The translations under genes were made by a program, and so were the position numbers. The notes below the pieces were generated by a model. It saw nothing but the letters and a program-made list of their open reading frames with translations, searched no databases and had not been told where the DNA came from. A stretch of 64,000 bases of DNA from the human T2T-CHM13v2.0 reference genome, Homo sapiens, in assembly GCF_009914755.1 (NCBI RefSeq), contig NC_060929.1; one strand, written 5' to 3'. Below are positions 18,560 through 32,185 of this stretch, piece after piece (positions within the stretch are counted from its first letter, which is position 1; every line of letters starts with the position of its first letter).

Positions 18560-19100
18560 ACTATAACTCTCAACCACCTACGACAGACCAGGCACTGAGT
18601 GAAGTATTCCTCTCATAATATTTCACGTAAACCTCACAGCAGCCCAATAAGGAAAGCCAAACATCACACTTTTCTATTCCGGCTTCAGCACCAAGGCTCT
18701 TGATCATCAGGGTACTTGGCTCCATAGATAAAAGAGGAAAAAAACCTAATTTCAGATCCAATGTGGGTATCTGCCAATTAAGGATGTTTGGAATATGTAC
18801 ATTAATTTATCCAAACATTCATTTTGCAAGATTCAGCAAACATTAACTGAGCAACTTCTGTGTTTATTGTGGGTTATTTGTGGATGTGAAGAAGATACAG
18901 CCCTCAGTGAATTAAAACTTTATTTGGGAAAATTGTAATAAAATAAATGTGAGGAGTGGTTCATTCCCACTGAGATGTATAGTCACATAGGGCACATCAA
19001 AAAAAGAAACAGCAACTTAAGATGAGTAAGATTCAATGGGCAGAGGAGGGGAAATGGCAGAGTGGTCACAGGGAAGGGAACAATAAAGATACAGAAATGG
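18560..19100. mobile_element. MIR followed by L2 fragment
   Basis: ccaggcactg...aacctcacagcagccc MIR motif; cattcatt...cagcaaacattaactgagc L2 tail. Confidence 0.5.
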
Positions 19101-20817
19101 AGAAAAATTTTTACTTAGATAATGAAACTTTGGGTAGAATGGAATATCTCTCTAAGTCACCTAAAATAGAGCCATTTTTAATGTTGCTGGTCTTCATTAA
19201 GTAACTTGTTGAAGTGAAAACTGGAGATACCTAGATATACTTTGATATTCTGTTGCATTCAATATGAAAATTAAAAGGGATTATAGAGAAGATAAAGGGA
19301 ATTAAAGAACCAAACATAGATTTGATTACTGCAAAGGTTAAATACATGGGATTAATAGCAGTAGCATTTAAAATGCATTTCCCCATATGATAGGGGCCGA
19401 ATGAAAGGAGCTTTGGAACCATGTGCTTCACCCTAGTGTGCAGAGTTTTGAATAAATGCTGTTATGTGACCATCACCTTTTGCTATAAAAACTGGTATTT
19501 ATCCACTCCACTGCAGAAATGCTTTCACAGAATGTGTTTCTCACCAGGGTTTTAAAATATTTACATCAGCTGATTAATAATTTACAGTTGGCATTCACGA
19601 CCTCAGGCTCATGAATAATTGACGTGTTCATTTAAGATTTGCAACTGTTCTGTATAATGATAAAGTGCGCCAATCTGAGCCTCTCCGGCATTTCAACAGT
19701 GAAAGTTTGCAATGAAATCAGGCTTTCTTTTGGTTTTGCAGAGGTTGAAAGTAAAGCTTATAATCAAATAATGGAGGATAATAATTGTATGTGCCAGATG
19801 CTCTCTCTGTTGAGACAAGGAAGAGTAACTGGCACATAGGGAAGCCACAATCCTCATACCAGCACTAAGAAGTGGATTTTATTGGCTTCATTTGTAGTTG
19901 AAGGAAAGGGGCTCAGGAAATCTAATTAAATTCCTGTTACCTCTCTGGCCTTTTAAAGTTATATAGGAGTAGTAGGAAGTATAAAAATATATATGTGTAC
20001 ATATGTGTGTGCATATACACACTGTATATGTACACTACATACATGTATTTCTGATCACTATTTAATTATTATAGTGTTTCAAGAAAAAAAAACAATAAAA
20101 AACAATGATACAACTAGTCTAAGTTTTTGTGTGGCTATCAATTGTCAAATTGGTCACACCAAAATGCCCATTTTTAACCTCATATTTTTCAGGGAATTGA
20201 ATATTGGTTATTGTCAGATTAATGTCAAAATAATGCTTCTATTTCAAAAAAAAGTCCATCCTGAAAGTATGAGAATATCTATACTTACTTAAAAAAAAGA
20301 AGAAGAAAAGAAAATGAAGAAGAAAAACAGATAATATAACTCTTCGTTAAACGGTTTTTCTTTTGCCTGGGGATTCAGTGTGGAGGTTCACTTAGTAGTC
20401 CCTTACATAGGTCATTGGCCATGAGTAACAAAATAAAAAAGATATCTTTTGTGTCTATTTCTCTACCTTTACACCCAGATTCCCCTATTTTTCTTAGCGG
20501 CTATGACCTATTAGCTATATGCTCTTTACATAGCTTGACATAATCCTTTCCATCTGACTCCTGGGTCCTTTACTGGAAAACATCTCATTTTTAGTTTTAT
20601 TCTTTTTTTAAAAAAAAAATGTACAAAATGGCTTTCTAACTCTTGTCAAGGTAATAACAGAAAAGGATTCATGGGACTGTGATTTCTCAAGGTATACTCA
20701 AAAGTCTTGTGATTCCAAAAGAGTGTTATGTCAAGCACCATGCCCAGACAATGGGCAAGGGTTGCTTTCCGATGACCTTCGCATCCCACCATCTGAACTG
20801 GCATCCACTGTCCTTAC

Positions 20818-20907
20818 TCAGAATATATTTGATGATTCTCCCGTGAAGCACTGAAAGCAGATGAGTCGCTGCAACGTGTCGGGCTGACGTCTCCAGGATC
20901 CTAGCAC
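20818..20907 (-). other. Candidate 90-nt internal exon (minus strand)
   Basis: Minus strand reads ggtttttcAG|GTGCTAGG...ATTCTGA|GTaagg. 5 CpG in 90 nt. A possible alternative acceptor 7 nt inside would start the exon at 20900. Confidence 0.4.
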
Positions 20908-21379
20908 CTGAAAAACCTGCCATGCTCCAATGTACAAACAATGTCTCATTTGCCTATTTGACTGATGTTTCTTGCACTTGTCTTTCCTGGCTGTGTGAAA
21001 AGTCTCTCCTGGATTGCAACTTCGGGGTCCGCTACTCATTAAAAGTTTTTCTTGCTTGTTTAATCCATTCAAAGGGCATCTCTATTTTATTCCCTTCAGC
21101 TCTTCCATCAGAACGTCTACTTCCAAGCACCTTCAATTCCACCTGTCCATGTCTGCAGATGAGATGTGGGTGTCAGTCAGGCCTGACCACTTAAATACAA
21201 AATAAAGAAAGGTTTAAAGGACTTAAAATAAAGAAAGTTAATCTAAGAAAATGTAAACACAGTGGTGAAAGAGCTAAGAATCTAAATGAGAACAGTGATG
21301 TAACAGAGATGAATAAATACACTATCACCCAGGCTAAAGGCGGGGAGTGGGTAGTGATGCCAGGGCCAAGGGCTGAGAT

Positions 21380-21670
21380 CATGATGCACAAAAGAAAATC
21401 ATGGTGGAGCAACGTGAGCTGGAGAGATTGTGAGGTTACAGAGATGCCAGCCAAGTTAGACAAAGAGAGAGCAGAAATATCTTCTCTCCTCCCTTCCTCC
21501 CACCTTCAATATCCTTCCGGTGCCAGCCATTGTCCAAACCCAAAAGGAGTCAGTGGATGGGGGCTTGAAGCATGCAGTCTGTAGAGTATAGAAACCTTCA
21601 CTACAGAATAAAGCAGGGAAATAATCAGGATTGGATCTACTGGCAAATGAGACAAAGATCAACAATTGCT
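21380..21670 (-). mobile_element. LTR33-like fragment
   Basis: ctcctcccttcctcc...ccattgtccaaacccaa...ggatctactggcaaatgag pattern. Confidence 0.5.
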
Positions 21671-22279
21671 AGTGCCACCACCATCACTGTCCGAGAGGAT
21701 GGAGACACTTTAGCACTCTTCCCCAGGTCCTGATCTGGAACAAGATTGCAGTTCCTTGTCTTGGAAAGTAAATGAAAGTAACAAGTTAGAATTCATAATT
21801 TGTCTTATAAAAAAGGAGATATGGAGGATACTTGAATGTGTTCTTAAAACCTACAGAAATATATTTTGTATGAGGAGATGACTAGTTGTCAAACTAACTA
21901 ATGCTTTTTAAATGAAAGCTTTTCAGAGTACATTTTAAAGAGTAACTCCAACTTAAATTGGCAGACAAAGGCTTTAGGTTTGAGCAAAGATTTAAAAGTG
22001 CATAGAGAGTGTAAAAACTGTTACAAGGCACAGATCTATTGGAGACATGAATTAAAACATCACCACATCCTTAAATTTAACCACTTCAAAGTTGCATAAT
22101 AAATTTAAGGCCAAGATTTTCTATATCACCTCCATAGAAAACCAAGGTGGCAACAAAATTATTAAGAAATAGGAACATGAAATTCTCATTTTAAAAAAGG
22201 TTAGTTTCTATCATGACCATTTTGGAGACTTGAATTAATGGTAGGGAAGATAAATCTAATAGAGATTGATGATATAAGG

Positions 22280-23715
22280 CAGTCACTGTTGATTGTCCCT
22301 CCACCACAATGAGACCCTCCCCACTTTCTGTTTTGCTGGAAGAATGCCAGCTTTTTATATCCAAGTCTTAGGTGGCAATACGCTCATGGAATGTGGGTCT
22401 CGTTGTGACTCGGGGCAGGAGAAGCCATGATGGCACCTGTAACTGTGGATCAGTCAGGGTTCAAGGAGGGAAACAGGAGCCACACAGACATTTCAAGCAG
22501 AATGTCATCTGACATAGGAGTCAGGTGCTTCTTCCCATCATTGGAAGTGCTGGAGAGCTGTGGTCAGGATGCCTCAGTAGATGATTTTTTGGCAATGGAT
22601 ATAGCCATGCAGACTCCGGAGAGCTGCTGCTGTTTCTACCATTACTGGAACCAAAACACCTCATGGCACAGACAGAGTTGTGATGGCTTCCCCCTCAGTT
22701 CTGCCTACAACACTTTATACACATTCTCTCCTGACAGTTTCCCATCCCAAACTCAAGCTGCAAGAATGTTTCAGAAACGTAGCTGTTAGACTTCCAGCCC
22801 TTCAGTACATGGGGGATGAACACATTAATTATGGGGTTCTTGCCTGAGTGTTATCAGACAATAATTAACACAATATTTGGCTTCTAAAAATTATACTATT
22901 TTTGATTGACACATTGATATGGTATGGCTCTGTTATCTCCACCCAAATCTCACCTTGAATTGTAATAATCCCCATGTATCAAGGGCAGGACCAGGTAGAG
23001 GTAATTGGACGATGGGGACGGTTTCCCTCATGCTGTTCTCATGATAATGAGAGAGTCCCACAAGATCTGATGGTTTTATAAGCATCTGGCATTTCCCCTG
23101 CTTGCACTCACTCCGTCTGCTGCCCTGTGAAGACGGTGCCTGCTTCTCCTTTGCCTTCCTCCATGACTGTAAGTTTCCTGAGGTCTCCCCAGCAATACAG
23201 AACTGTGAGTCAATTAAACCTCTTTCCTTTATAAATTACTCAGTCTCAGATATTTCTTCATAGACTGTGAGAATGAACTAATACACACATCATAATTGTA
23301 TACATTGATGTGATATATGTATACAATGTGGAATGATTAAATCAAGCTAACATATTCATCACCTCACTTATCTATCATTTTTTGACTTTGAAATGTAAGT
23401 GTAAGGCGGCTGTTGGATTCCTGGGAAAAATCTAATACTCTTAATAAAAGACAGGCTTGAGAAGAAAGTATCCTCTGTCTTCTACATAGAAGCATATGAC
23501 GTTTGAAACTATGGTTTCCTCTTGCAATGAAAAAGGTTCAATATTCAGGGTAAAAGCCAATATACTATGAATAACAGTAGGAGGGAAATTTCCTGGCTCC
23601 TTGATGACATAGATGCGCTTCTGCACTAACCTATCCTGAAATACATTATCTCCAACTTCCAGTTGTATGGGACATTGAACTCCTTATTGGTTGGGTGCTC
23701 TTTAGTATGCAGTCA
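22280..23715. mobile_element. Nested old MaLR/LTR fragments and an L1M 3' fragment (22880-23395)
   Basis: MLT1-like ggctccttgatgacat (23595); L1MA-like ggaatgattaaatcaagctaacatattcatcacctca. Confidence 0.5.
22915..23285 (+). mobile_element. THE1 (THE1C/D-like) solo LTR
   Basis: tgatatggt...ctaataca termini; perfect 5-bp TSD CACAT at 22910-22914 and 23286-23290. Confidence 0.92.
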
Positions 23716-24363
23716 AAAAAGGTTTTTTCCCACAAGGTATATATTTCACTGAAACAGCAAGTAGAGACAATACTATGAAACTCCTAATGAAGAGGCAATA
23801 ATAAATTTTGAAACCATAACTGATGTCTCAAATAAATAGTTTAAGCCCTTTTCTTGAAATTATTCTACGTAGCTCATTCATTCAAAATATGCAAGAAATT
23901 CCACATAAACAGAACTGGCCCTCCACTTTCCTGATGCTTCTGTTTTTGACTTTATAATCTTAAAATAATTGGGAATCTTTTTTCTCAGAATCATTCTTCT
24001 GAAAATAATGTATGTGTATGAAAGGAGTTCTGCCCTATTTCAAAATTTAATATCAGGTAGTTTATATTACCTTTTCTGATTTTAATCAAACGCTTATGCC
24101 ATATGTTAATATAATTTGCATGTCAGTTTCCCTAGCAGAAAAACAAAGTCCCATTTAAGACATCTGCATCACCAACCAGCTGTCATAGTAGCCATTGGGC
24201 AAAACATGAAATCCACCAAAGCCTTCCACCATTTCTCTCGAGACAAGGTAGATTTAGAATGACATTTTTATCTTCCTTTCTGTCTATCCATCCAAAAGAT
24301 ATTGTTCATCTATTTTAATGTTTACTACATGCTGTTTACTTTTTAAAATAAATAGGAGAATAG

Positions 24364-25082
<719 letters not shown>

Positions 25083-25637
25083 TGAATACAGCATGCTCTC
25101 AGGAAGTCACTCCCCACCAGGAGAGGCCAGCAGGTGAACAGGAGACCTGGCTTTGTGGTGTCTCTTCCCTAAGTAACACACAGCAATTGGGAAGTGGAAT
25201 AGCTTTAGGTATCTACTAATACTACATGATATGGTCCTGTTCTTGTAGATAGAACATAGCTTCCTAGATGCTCAGTTCACATTCTACAAAACAAGAACAA
25301 TAACAATTGTACCTGTATGCATGAAATATCCACATACAGTATTCTCTATTTTAAACAAATTTTAATGGTGCAAATTTTGTAAGAGCTCAGTTTTATGGAG
25401 AGTATAAAATTAAATCTCAGAGAATCAAAACCCATTTATTTAGCTGATAAATAATCTGTGCATGATTTTACTGAGAAATAGCGTGGCCCCATCTTTCAGT
25501 TGTGGAAACAAAACATCATATGGAAGATTTCCATAGAGAATCTTTAATCCCTCTAAAAGGAACCAGGATACATTCAGCAAACATGAGACAGTAAAGTTGT
25601 ACTATTCATTAGAAACCACCCCAAGCCACAGGAGCTT

Positions 25638-26004
25638 TGCTATAGACTGAATGTTTGTGTCTCCACTAGAATTTCTATTTGGAAACCTAATGCCCACTGT
25701 GATGGTATTTGGAGGTGGGGTTTCTGGGAGGTGATTAGGTCACAAGGGTGAAGCCCCCATACATGGGATTAGTGCCCTTATAAGAGGGACCCCAGAGATC
25801 TCCTTCACCCCCTCCATCATGTGAGGTTACAGTGAGAAGGCACCGTCTATGAACCAGAAAGCAAGCCCTTACCAGACACTGAATCCACTGACAACTTGAC
25901 CTTACACTTCCCAGCTTCCAAAACTGTAAGAAATAAATTTCTGCTGTTTTATAAACTACCCAATTGATGGTATATTATTAGAGCAGCCCAAACAGACTAA
26001 GACA
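25638..26004 (+). mobile_element. MLT1A0-like MaLR solo LTR
   Basis: tgctatagactgaatgtttgtgtc start, aataaatttctg signal, gactaagaca end. Confidence 0.88.
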
Positions 26005-26215
26005 GGCTTATAACCACAAAGTTCATCACTTTACAACCCAGGCTCAGAGGGCTCTGCTCGGTGTGGTTCATCAGACACTTGGGCGGCTGCAGCCTTTATC
26101 TCCTGTAGCAGGGAGAAGAGAATAGGACCGATCACACAGTGCTTTGCTGTCAGCAACGGTCACATGTCACTCTTCACATTTTCTTTGCCAAAGTAAGCGA
26201 ATGAATGTGCCTAAC

Positions 26216-27013
26216 TGAAATGGGAGAGTTCACTGATTCCCCTTGCAGGATGTGTGACAGGGATGTGGCTCACCTGTTTGGTCCCCTGGAAGCTCAAACC
26301 CCTAGGGGGAGCATGCAGAGGGTCAGGTGCAGAGGGCAGGGCAAGTGTTCTGGGCTCCTGCCCTCAGGTAGTGTCTAGGGGTGGGTGCCTGCAACCCCCG
26401 TGTTACAAAGCTCTTTCAGCTTTGCCGTCTTCAGATGGCTTTGAGTGTTAATAAGTTCAGTAGATCCTCTGCCTTATGTCAAGATCAGAGACCCAGTGTG
26501 ACAGCCTTCTGAATCCCAAGCTCTTGCCCTGTCCTGAAAGTATCAGATCACACACAGGCTTGAAGGCTGAGTGCAGGGTTTTATCGAGTGGTAGAGGTGG
26601 CTCTCAGGGAGATGGATGGGGAGCTGGAAGGTGGAGGGGTGGGGGAGATAATCTTCCCCAGTGGCCAGATTCTTCTCCACCCACCCCGGTGGAACTCCCC
26701 TTGATATCCAGATGTCCCTCCCTTCGCTCTTTGTCTGCTGCGTCGTTCCACTGTCACTGGTCTGCTGGTCTTGATGTTCAGCCACTTGTGTGTGTGTCCA
26801 CTAAGGTCTTAGGTTCATATGGGCACAAGATGGGGGGTGTGGTGGGCCAGAGTGATCTTGGAAAATGCAACATTTGGGCATGAAAACAGGAGTTCCTGTT
26901 CTCACTTAGGTCCTGTTCTCACTTAGGTCCAAGAGCACAGGCCTGAGGGTGGAGCCCTCACCACGTACCCCACCCTTCTCTACCCAGTACTTCCCTGCCC
27001 TCCTCCCATATCA
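26216..27013 (-). mobile_element. LTR1-family-like (ERV1) solo LTR
   Basis: Reverse complement begins TGATATGGGAGGAGGGCAGGGAAGTACTGGGTAGAG and ends CTCTCCCATTTCA; 4-bp TSD taac/tagc; internal 17-bp tandem duplication. Confidence 0.75.
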
Positions 27014-27398
27014 TAGCTACAAAGGAGAATGACAATGCAACCGTAACATGTACCCAGGAGGAGAGGTGGAAATACAGATGCCAGCCCAGGCCACCCAGAT
27101 CAAAGGCAACACTGGCCCTTTCTTTCCCTGTCTGTAGGTGGAGAAACTGGAGAGGAGCTCAGTTTGCCTCTCAGCATGTCTCCATAGGCAGATGTCAAGA
27201 TTCCTCTGCCCTTTACCTTTCCTTACCATGAATGGGTATGATATTATAAAACCATACCTTCCTCTCCTCATCCTCAGCTAGGCACTGATGACTTAAGCAG
27301 ATAAAATAATTGTATGCATTCTATAAATTATCCACACATTCAATTCTCCCAGGAAGTATTTTCACCATGCAAGTAGAAATAGCTAATCCAAAATACTT

Positions 27399-27447
27399 AT
27401 TACTTTTAATGGCAAAAGCCATCATTACTTTTGCATCAACTTAATAT
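27399..27447. mobile_element. Half MADE1 (mariner-derived MITE)
   Basis: attacttttaatggcaaaagccatcattacttttgcatcaacttaata matches the right half of the recalled MADE1 consensus. Confidence 0.75.
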
Positions 27448-27720
27448 TTGTGTGTAAACAAGGCACTGTTTTTTGAGGGTGGGTCTTACAAAATACTTGT
27501 CTGCTTCTGCGTACCCCACCTCCAGGCCTAAGTCCATATCTTCATAGAAGCCAGTCTATTTGCCACAGTCAAGTGTTCCAGCCTATAGGAAACATTCACT
27601 TTGTGTCGGGCACAGGCAAACCACTTTCCATGAAGTGTTTCACCGCATCTCTCTGAGCATTAGTCTGTGCAACTATGAAATAGCCTGACTGTGGAAGTTG
27701 AGCGATTTCCCCAAAGCCAC

Positions 27721-28162
27721 TGCACTAGCTTCCTGGGGCTCCCATCACAAAAAGTTCCACAAACTGAGAGGCTTAAAACAACAGCAAGTTATTCTCTTAC
27801 AACTCTGGAGACCAGAAGTCCAAAGTCCAGATGTTGGCAGGGCCACACACTCCCTCTGAAGGCTGTGGGAGACAATCTTCCTTTGCTTCCTCCCGGGATT
27901 CCTAAGCTTGTGGCTCTGTCACTCCAATCTTCCCTTTGGCCATCACATGGTCTCTGTCCCTGTGCCTTCTTCTCCTGTCTCTCATAAGGACAGCAGTCGT
28001 CATTCTATGTGGGGTCCACCTAGATAAGCCAGGAGGATTACAGCTCAAAAACCTTAATTACACCTGAAAAGACCCCTTTTTTCCAAATACACTCATGTGT
28101 ACAGGGCCTGGGTATTAGGATGTGGACATATGTTTTTGAGGATGCCCATCCAAGCTACTTCA
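27721..28162 (-). mobile_element. MLT1C-like LTR
   Basis: ggcttaaaacaacag...ctggagaccagaagtcc...ccttaattacacctg pattern. Confidence 0.8.
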
Positions 28163-28226
28163 GAACATGTTAACTGGGACTGTGTCATTCCAGGGTGTAA
28201 GCCCTCAACCACTAAGCCAATGTACC

Positions 28227-28535
28227 TTTTTTTTTTTTTTTCCAAACAGGGTCTTGCTCTGTTGCCCAGGCTGGAATGCAGTGACACGATCTTGGCTCAC
28301 TGCAACCTCCACCTCCCAGGCTCAAGCTATCCTCCCACCTCGGCCTCCTGAGTAGCTGGGACTATAAGCATAACCCACCACTCTTGGCTAATATTTTGTT
28401 GTTGTTGTTGTTGTTGTGGAGACAAGGTCTTCCTGTGTTGTCCAGGCTGGTCTCAAATTCCTGGGCTCAAGCTACCTGCCCATTTTGGCCTCCTAAAATG
28501 TTAGGATTACAGGCATGAACCACTGCACCCAGCCC
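28227..28535 (-). mobile_element. AluJ
   Basis: Alu with J-type ggctcaagc; middle region expanded as (GTT)n. Confidence 0.9.
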
Positions 28536-29754
28536 AGTGTGCCTTTCTATAAACGTTGTACTCAGCCTGTTGCTTGACCAACTGAATCATCACGGCCCCA
28601 ATTACTTTTATTTAAAAACATTATTAATCAAAAGTTGTGGGGAAATAAAAGACTGTAAGCCACAGTCCTGCTCTCCAGGATCTTAACATCCAGTTGGGAT
28701 ACTTGGTCTGACCATCCAAGAAACACTAGCAACATAGGAAGTGTAGCCTCCCACCTGAATTGTACAGAAAATCTAGCAATATTTATTTTGCAGAGAGGTA
28801 CTGAGTAGATTAGGAGAGGGAGGGCCATGTGCAGAGCCCGGTCTGGAGGCCCTAGAGTGGTCCATGTATGAAACCACAGGATCCCACGTTAGGATGTTGG
28901 TTGTGAAAACAGAAGGGCAAAGACTAATGCGAGAAACACTGTACAGGAACTATAACCTGGTGCCAAGGATTCAAGATGGTGGCAGCAAGAGTGAAGAGTA
29001 AAACAGGTAGGGCATCTAAGATTGGAGTCTGGGGACATGAATGTTGACCAACTCCCTTTCTGGTTCAGGTGTATTGTCAAAGCATAGCCTTGGGTCTACC
29101 TTTCAGCCTCTCCCTTTCCCCCTGTACCTCTCAGTGGCCAGTGTTCTGCCTGCCCTGGGTCTTCCGCCAGCCATCTCCCACTGCTCAGCTATCCTCATCT
29201 CATGGGACCACACCACCCACAGCCATCACCCTTCAACTCCAGGCTTCTTCCCCATAAGCCTGCTTTTGGCTTCATACCACTGTGTCTTCTCTAAGCCCAT
29301 CTCAGAATCCCCTTCCTTGAGTCATTAATGACCTCCTTACGGCTGACTCTAAAAACATTCTGCAGTCACTTTTCAGGATTGGCTTGGGGAGCTGCCCCTG
29401 CTAGAGCCTCTACCTCACTCCGCCCCATCTCATAGGCCCCTTTATTGTCTCCTGCCCTCTTTTTCCATGCAGTCTCCTGCAGGGACTCACTTGTAAATGT
29501 GGCTCAGCCCCAGGGCTCTCCATCTTCCCACTTCTACCCCTCTGCTCGTTTGTGGGTAGAGAGGCTGTTCACCTTCATGACTTTGGCCTCTGGCTCTGTG
29601 CTCAGTACATGAAGCCCAGACTGCTTTCCAGAGTACATGGTGCAAATAACCCTGCCTTTCAGACAGCTACACTATAAACTCATTGTAAAATGGCTCACCC
29701 TCTGTGTCCCTCATCTCCACGAGGACAACCAACACCCCTTCAGTTACTGCACCC

Positions 29755-29917
29755 ACACCTGGATTTAGGTTTCTACACCAGAAACCTGAGTTCAAGCTTA
29801 TACACAGAAACCTGTGTCCAGGTCGCTACACAGAAACCTACCTTCAAGTTCCTACACAGAAACATGCATTCAAGTTCCCACACAGAAGCCTGCATCCAGG
29901 TTCCTACACAGAAACCT
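29755..29917. repeat. 26-bp minisatellite, ~6 copies, consensus TACACAGAAACCTGCATTCAAGTTCC
   Basis: Units visible at 29774, 29801, 29827, 29853, 29879 and 29905. Confidence 0.9.
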
Positions 29918-30519
29918 CTGCCTGCACAGGTGTCTCCTCACCTCCTGAACATTTCTGACATTGATTTTTGCTCCATTTCCACCACCACACACTGGGACAC
30001 TCATGGATCTGGCCAGGATGCCTCCCAATAAGAGTCCTGTGTTCAGCCTTGACTCTCTCTAATCTCTACTACTGGAGAGAGTGTTCCAACATACACGTGA
30101 GATCTTGTCACCCCTTTCCTCCTTAAATAATAAAAACAAATATAGAAACCACTTAATGTTTCTTTATAGCTTAAAAGGTAAAATTTTTAAAAAGTCTTTC
30201 ATGATCTGAAATTTGTGGAAAACTCTGGTGACATCTCTCCTCATCCCCCATCCATCCCTTCACTCTCCCCACACCCATGCAACATCTCAGCTGTATGCCT
30301 GCTGACCCCTTGAATTCTCTGAGCAAATTGACAGGCTGCTCTCTTTTCCCCTTCAGATCTCAGCCTGAAACACTGTCTGCAACCTGGATGATTCCTTCTC
30401 CTGCTGTGTCTCTCAGCTCAGCACCCCTCAATGAAGAAGTTCTCTTTAAACCAACCTCTCTGCTTTCCCCTGCCTTCCGAAGTTTTCATCTCGCTCACCC
30501 TGCATTCCTTTTCAGGGTC

Positions 30520-30768
30520 CTCCATGTGAGCACACAGCATTCCTTTTCTCTAGAGGATTCAGCAGTAAGGTGCCATCTTGGAAGCAGAGAGCAGCTCTCG
30601 CCAGACTGAGTAGCCCTCGGTCTACTCTTTGCTTCTAAGGTGGAAGCATGCTGGCACCTTGAACTTGGACATCCCAGCCTCTAGCACTGTGAGAAAATGA
30701 ACTTTAGTTCTTTATAAATTACCCTATCTCAGGTCTTCTGTTATAGGAGCCCCTTAAGGACTAAGACA
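30520..30768 (+). mobile_element. MST/MLT1A-type MaLR LTR 3' half with inverted insertion
   Basis: gccatcttggaagcagagagc...cccagcctctagcactgtgag...gactaagaca. Confidence 0.8.
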
Positions 30769-30904
30769 CTCAGTGATGCATTTTAATGTAGATTTCTTTT
30801 TTCACTCTGTGCTAAAATGCCGGTAGCGTCTATTATCAGGACACTTCTCCTTTAGTTCTGGGAACTTTCATTTCTTTGAAAGTTGGGATATCAGGAGTCT
30901 TTTT

Positions 30905-31335
30905 TATGACTCCTGTAAGAAATTACCACAATCTTGGTGGCTTAAAACAATAGAAATTTATGATCTTACATTTGAAGAGGCCAAAAATTCAAGATCAAGG
31001 CATTAGTAGGGCTATACTCCTCCTGGAGGCTGTGGGGGATGCTCCGTCTCTCAACTCTTGTAGTTTGTGTGGCTCCTGGTGTCCCTCATGGCGACACTGC
31101 TTCAATCTCTCCCCACATCTTCACATGGCCTTCTAATCTGTGTCTTACAAGTGTCCCTCTGCCTTCCTCTTATAAAGTCAGTTATGGTGCCACATAGCCC
31201 ACCACATAATCCAGAATAATCTCCTCACTTCGGGATCCTTAATCACATTTGCAAAAACCTTTTTCCCAAATAAGGTAACATTCATGGGTTCTAGGTATTT
31301 GGACCTGGACTTCTTTGGGAGCCATTATCACCCAA
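30905..31335 (-). mobile_element. MLT1C-like LTR
   Basis: ggtggcttaaaacaatagaaattta...ccttaatcacatttgcaaa pattern. Confidence 0.78.
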
Positions 31336-31956
31336 CCAGAGCTGTCTTCCTTCAATTCTACCGGTCTTGTAATTCTGAACTTTCTTTCAAAGTTAATGTT
31401 GAACCAGCATCTGACTCTTCTGTTTTCATTACATTTTATTGTTTTTCCACATTTGTTATCTTTCACTCTCCTCTGGGAGTTCTTCTCCATTTTTATTCCT
31501 CTTATAATATTCTATTGGTTTGATTTAATGTTCAGCTAACATGTTTAATTTGAGATTTCTTCTTAGTCTTTGATGTTTTTTCATAGCATGGTGTTTTGGT
31601 TTTAGGAATGCAAGTTTACGAATGATTATCTGAGTTTTCTTCTCTTGTCCACTCTCTCTGTTTATACTGGGCTCTATTTATTTTTCTGTTTTGTTTTGTT
31701 TTGTTTTTCATTTCATTTTGGAGGTTGTCCAAAATGTGTACTGATCCTTGGTCAGCTATTTGTATTTAAAAATAAGGCAGAAAGCAAAAAAAAACAAAAA
31801 ACAAAAAACAATGGATGCTTTGTGCATGCGGGCATGCAGGGCCAGGTATGGGTTGGGGTAATTTGTAAACTGGGGACTTCCACTGTTCACTGATTCTGGG
31901 GGAAGCCAGGTTTTTCACAGGGAAAAGTTCTAGAGCTTCTCTGGTTCAGTTTTTGC

Positions 31957-32185
31957 ACAGGTTAGAACTGAACAATGAGAACACTTGGACACAGGATGGG
32001 GAACATCACACACCGGGGCCCATTGTGGGGTGGGGGGAGGGGGGAGGGATAGCATTAGGAGATATACCTAATGTAAATGATGAGTTAATGGGTGCAGCAC
32101 ACCAACATGGCACATGTATACATATGTAACAAACCTGCACGTTGTGCACATGTACCCTAGAACTTAAAGTATAATAATAAAAAAA
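31957..32185 (+). mobile_element. Young L1PA 3' end, heavily 5'-truncated
   Basis: Near-consensus L1PA 3'UTR: G-rich tract, gggatagcattaggagatatacctaatg, cacatgtaccctagaacttaaagtataataa plus polyA. Confidence 0.93.

Noticed and set aside
27399-27447. MADE1 as a miR-548-type hairpin
   Set aside because: Only one arm of the palindrome remains, so no hairpin can form
29755-29917. CRISPR-like periodic repeat
   Set aside because: Contiguous tandem units with no unique spacers, in primate DNA with no cas genes; it is a minisatellite
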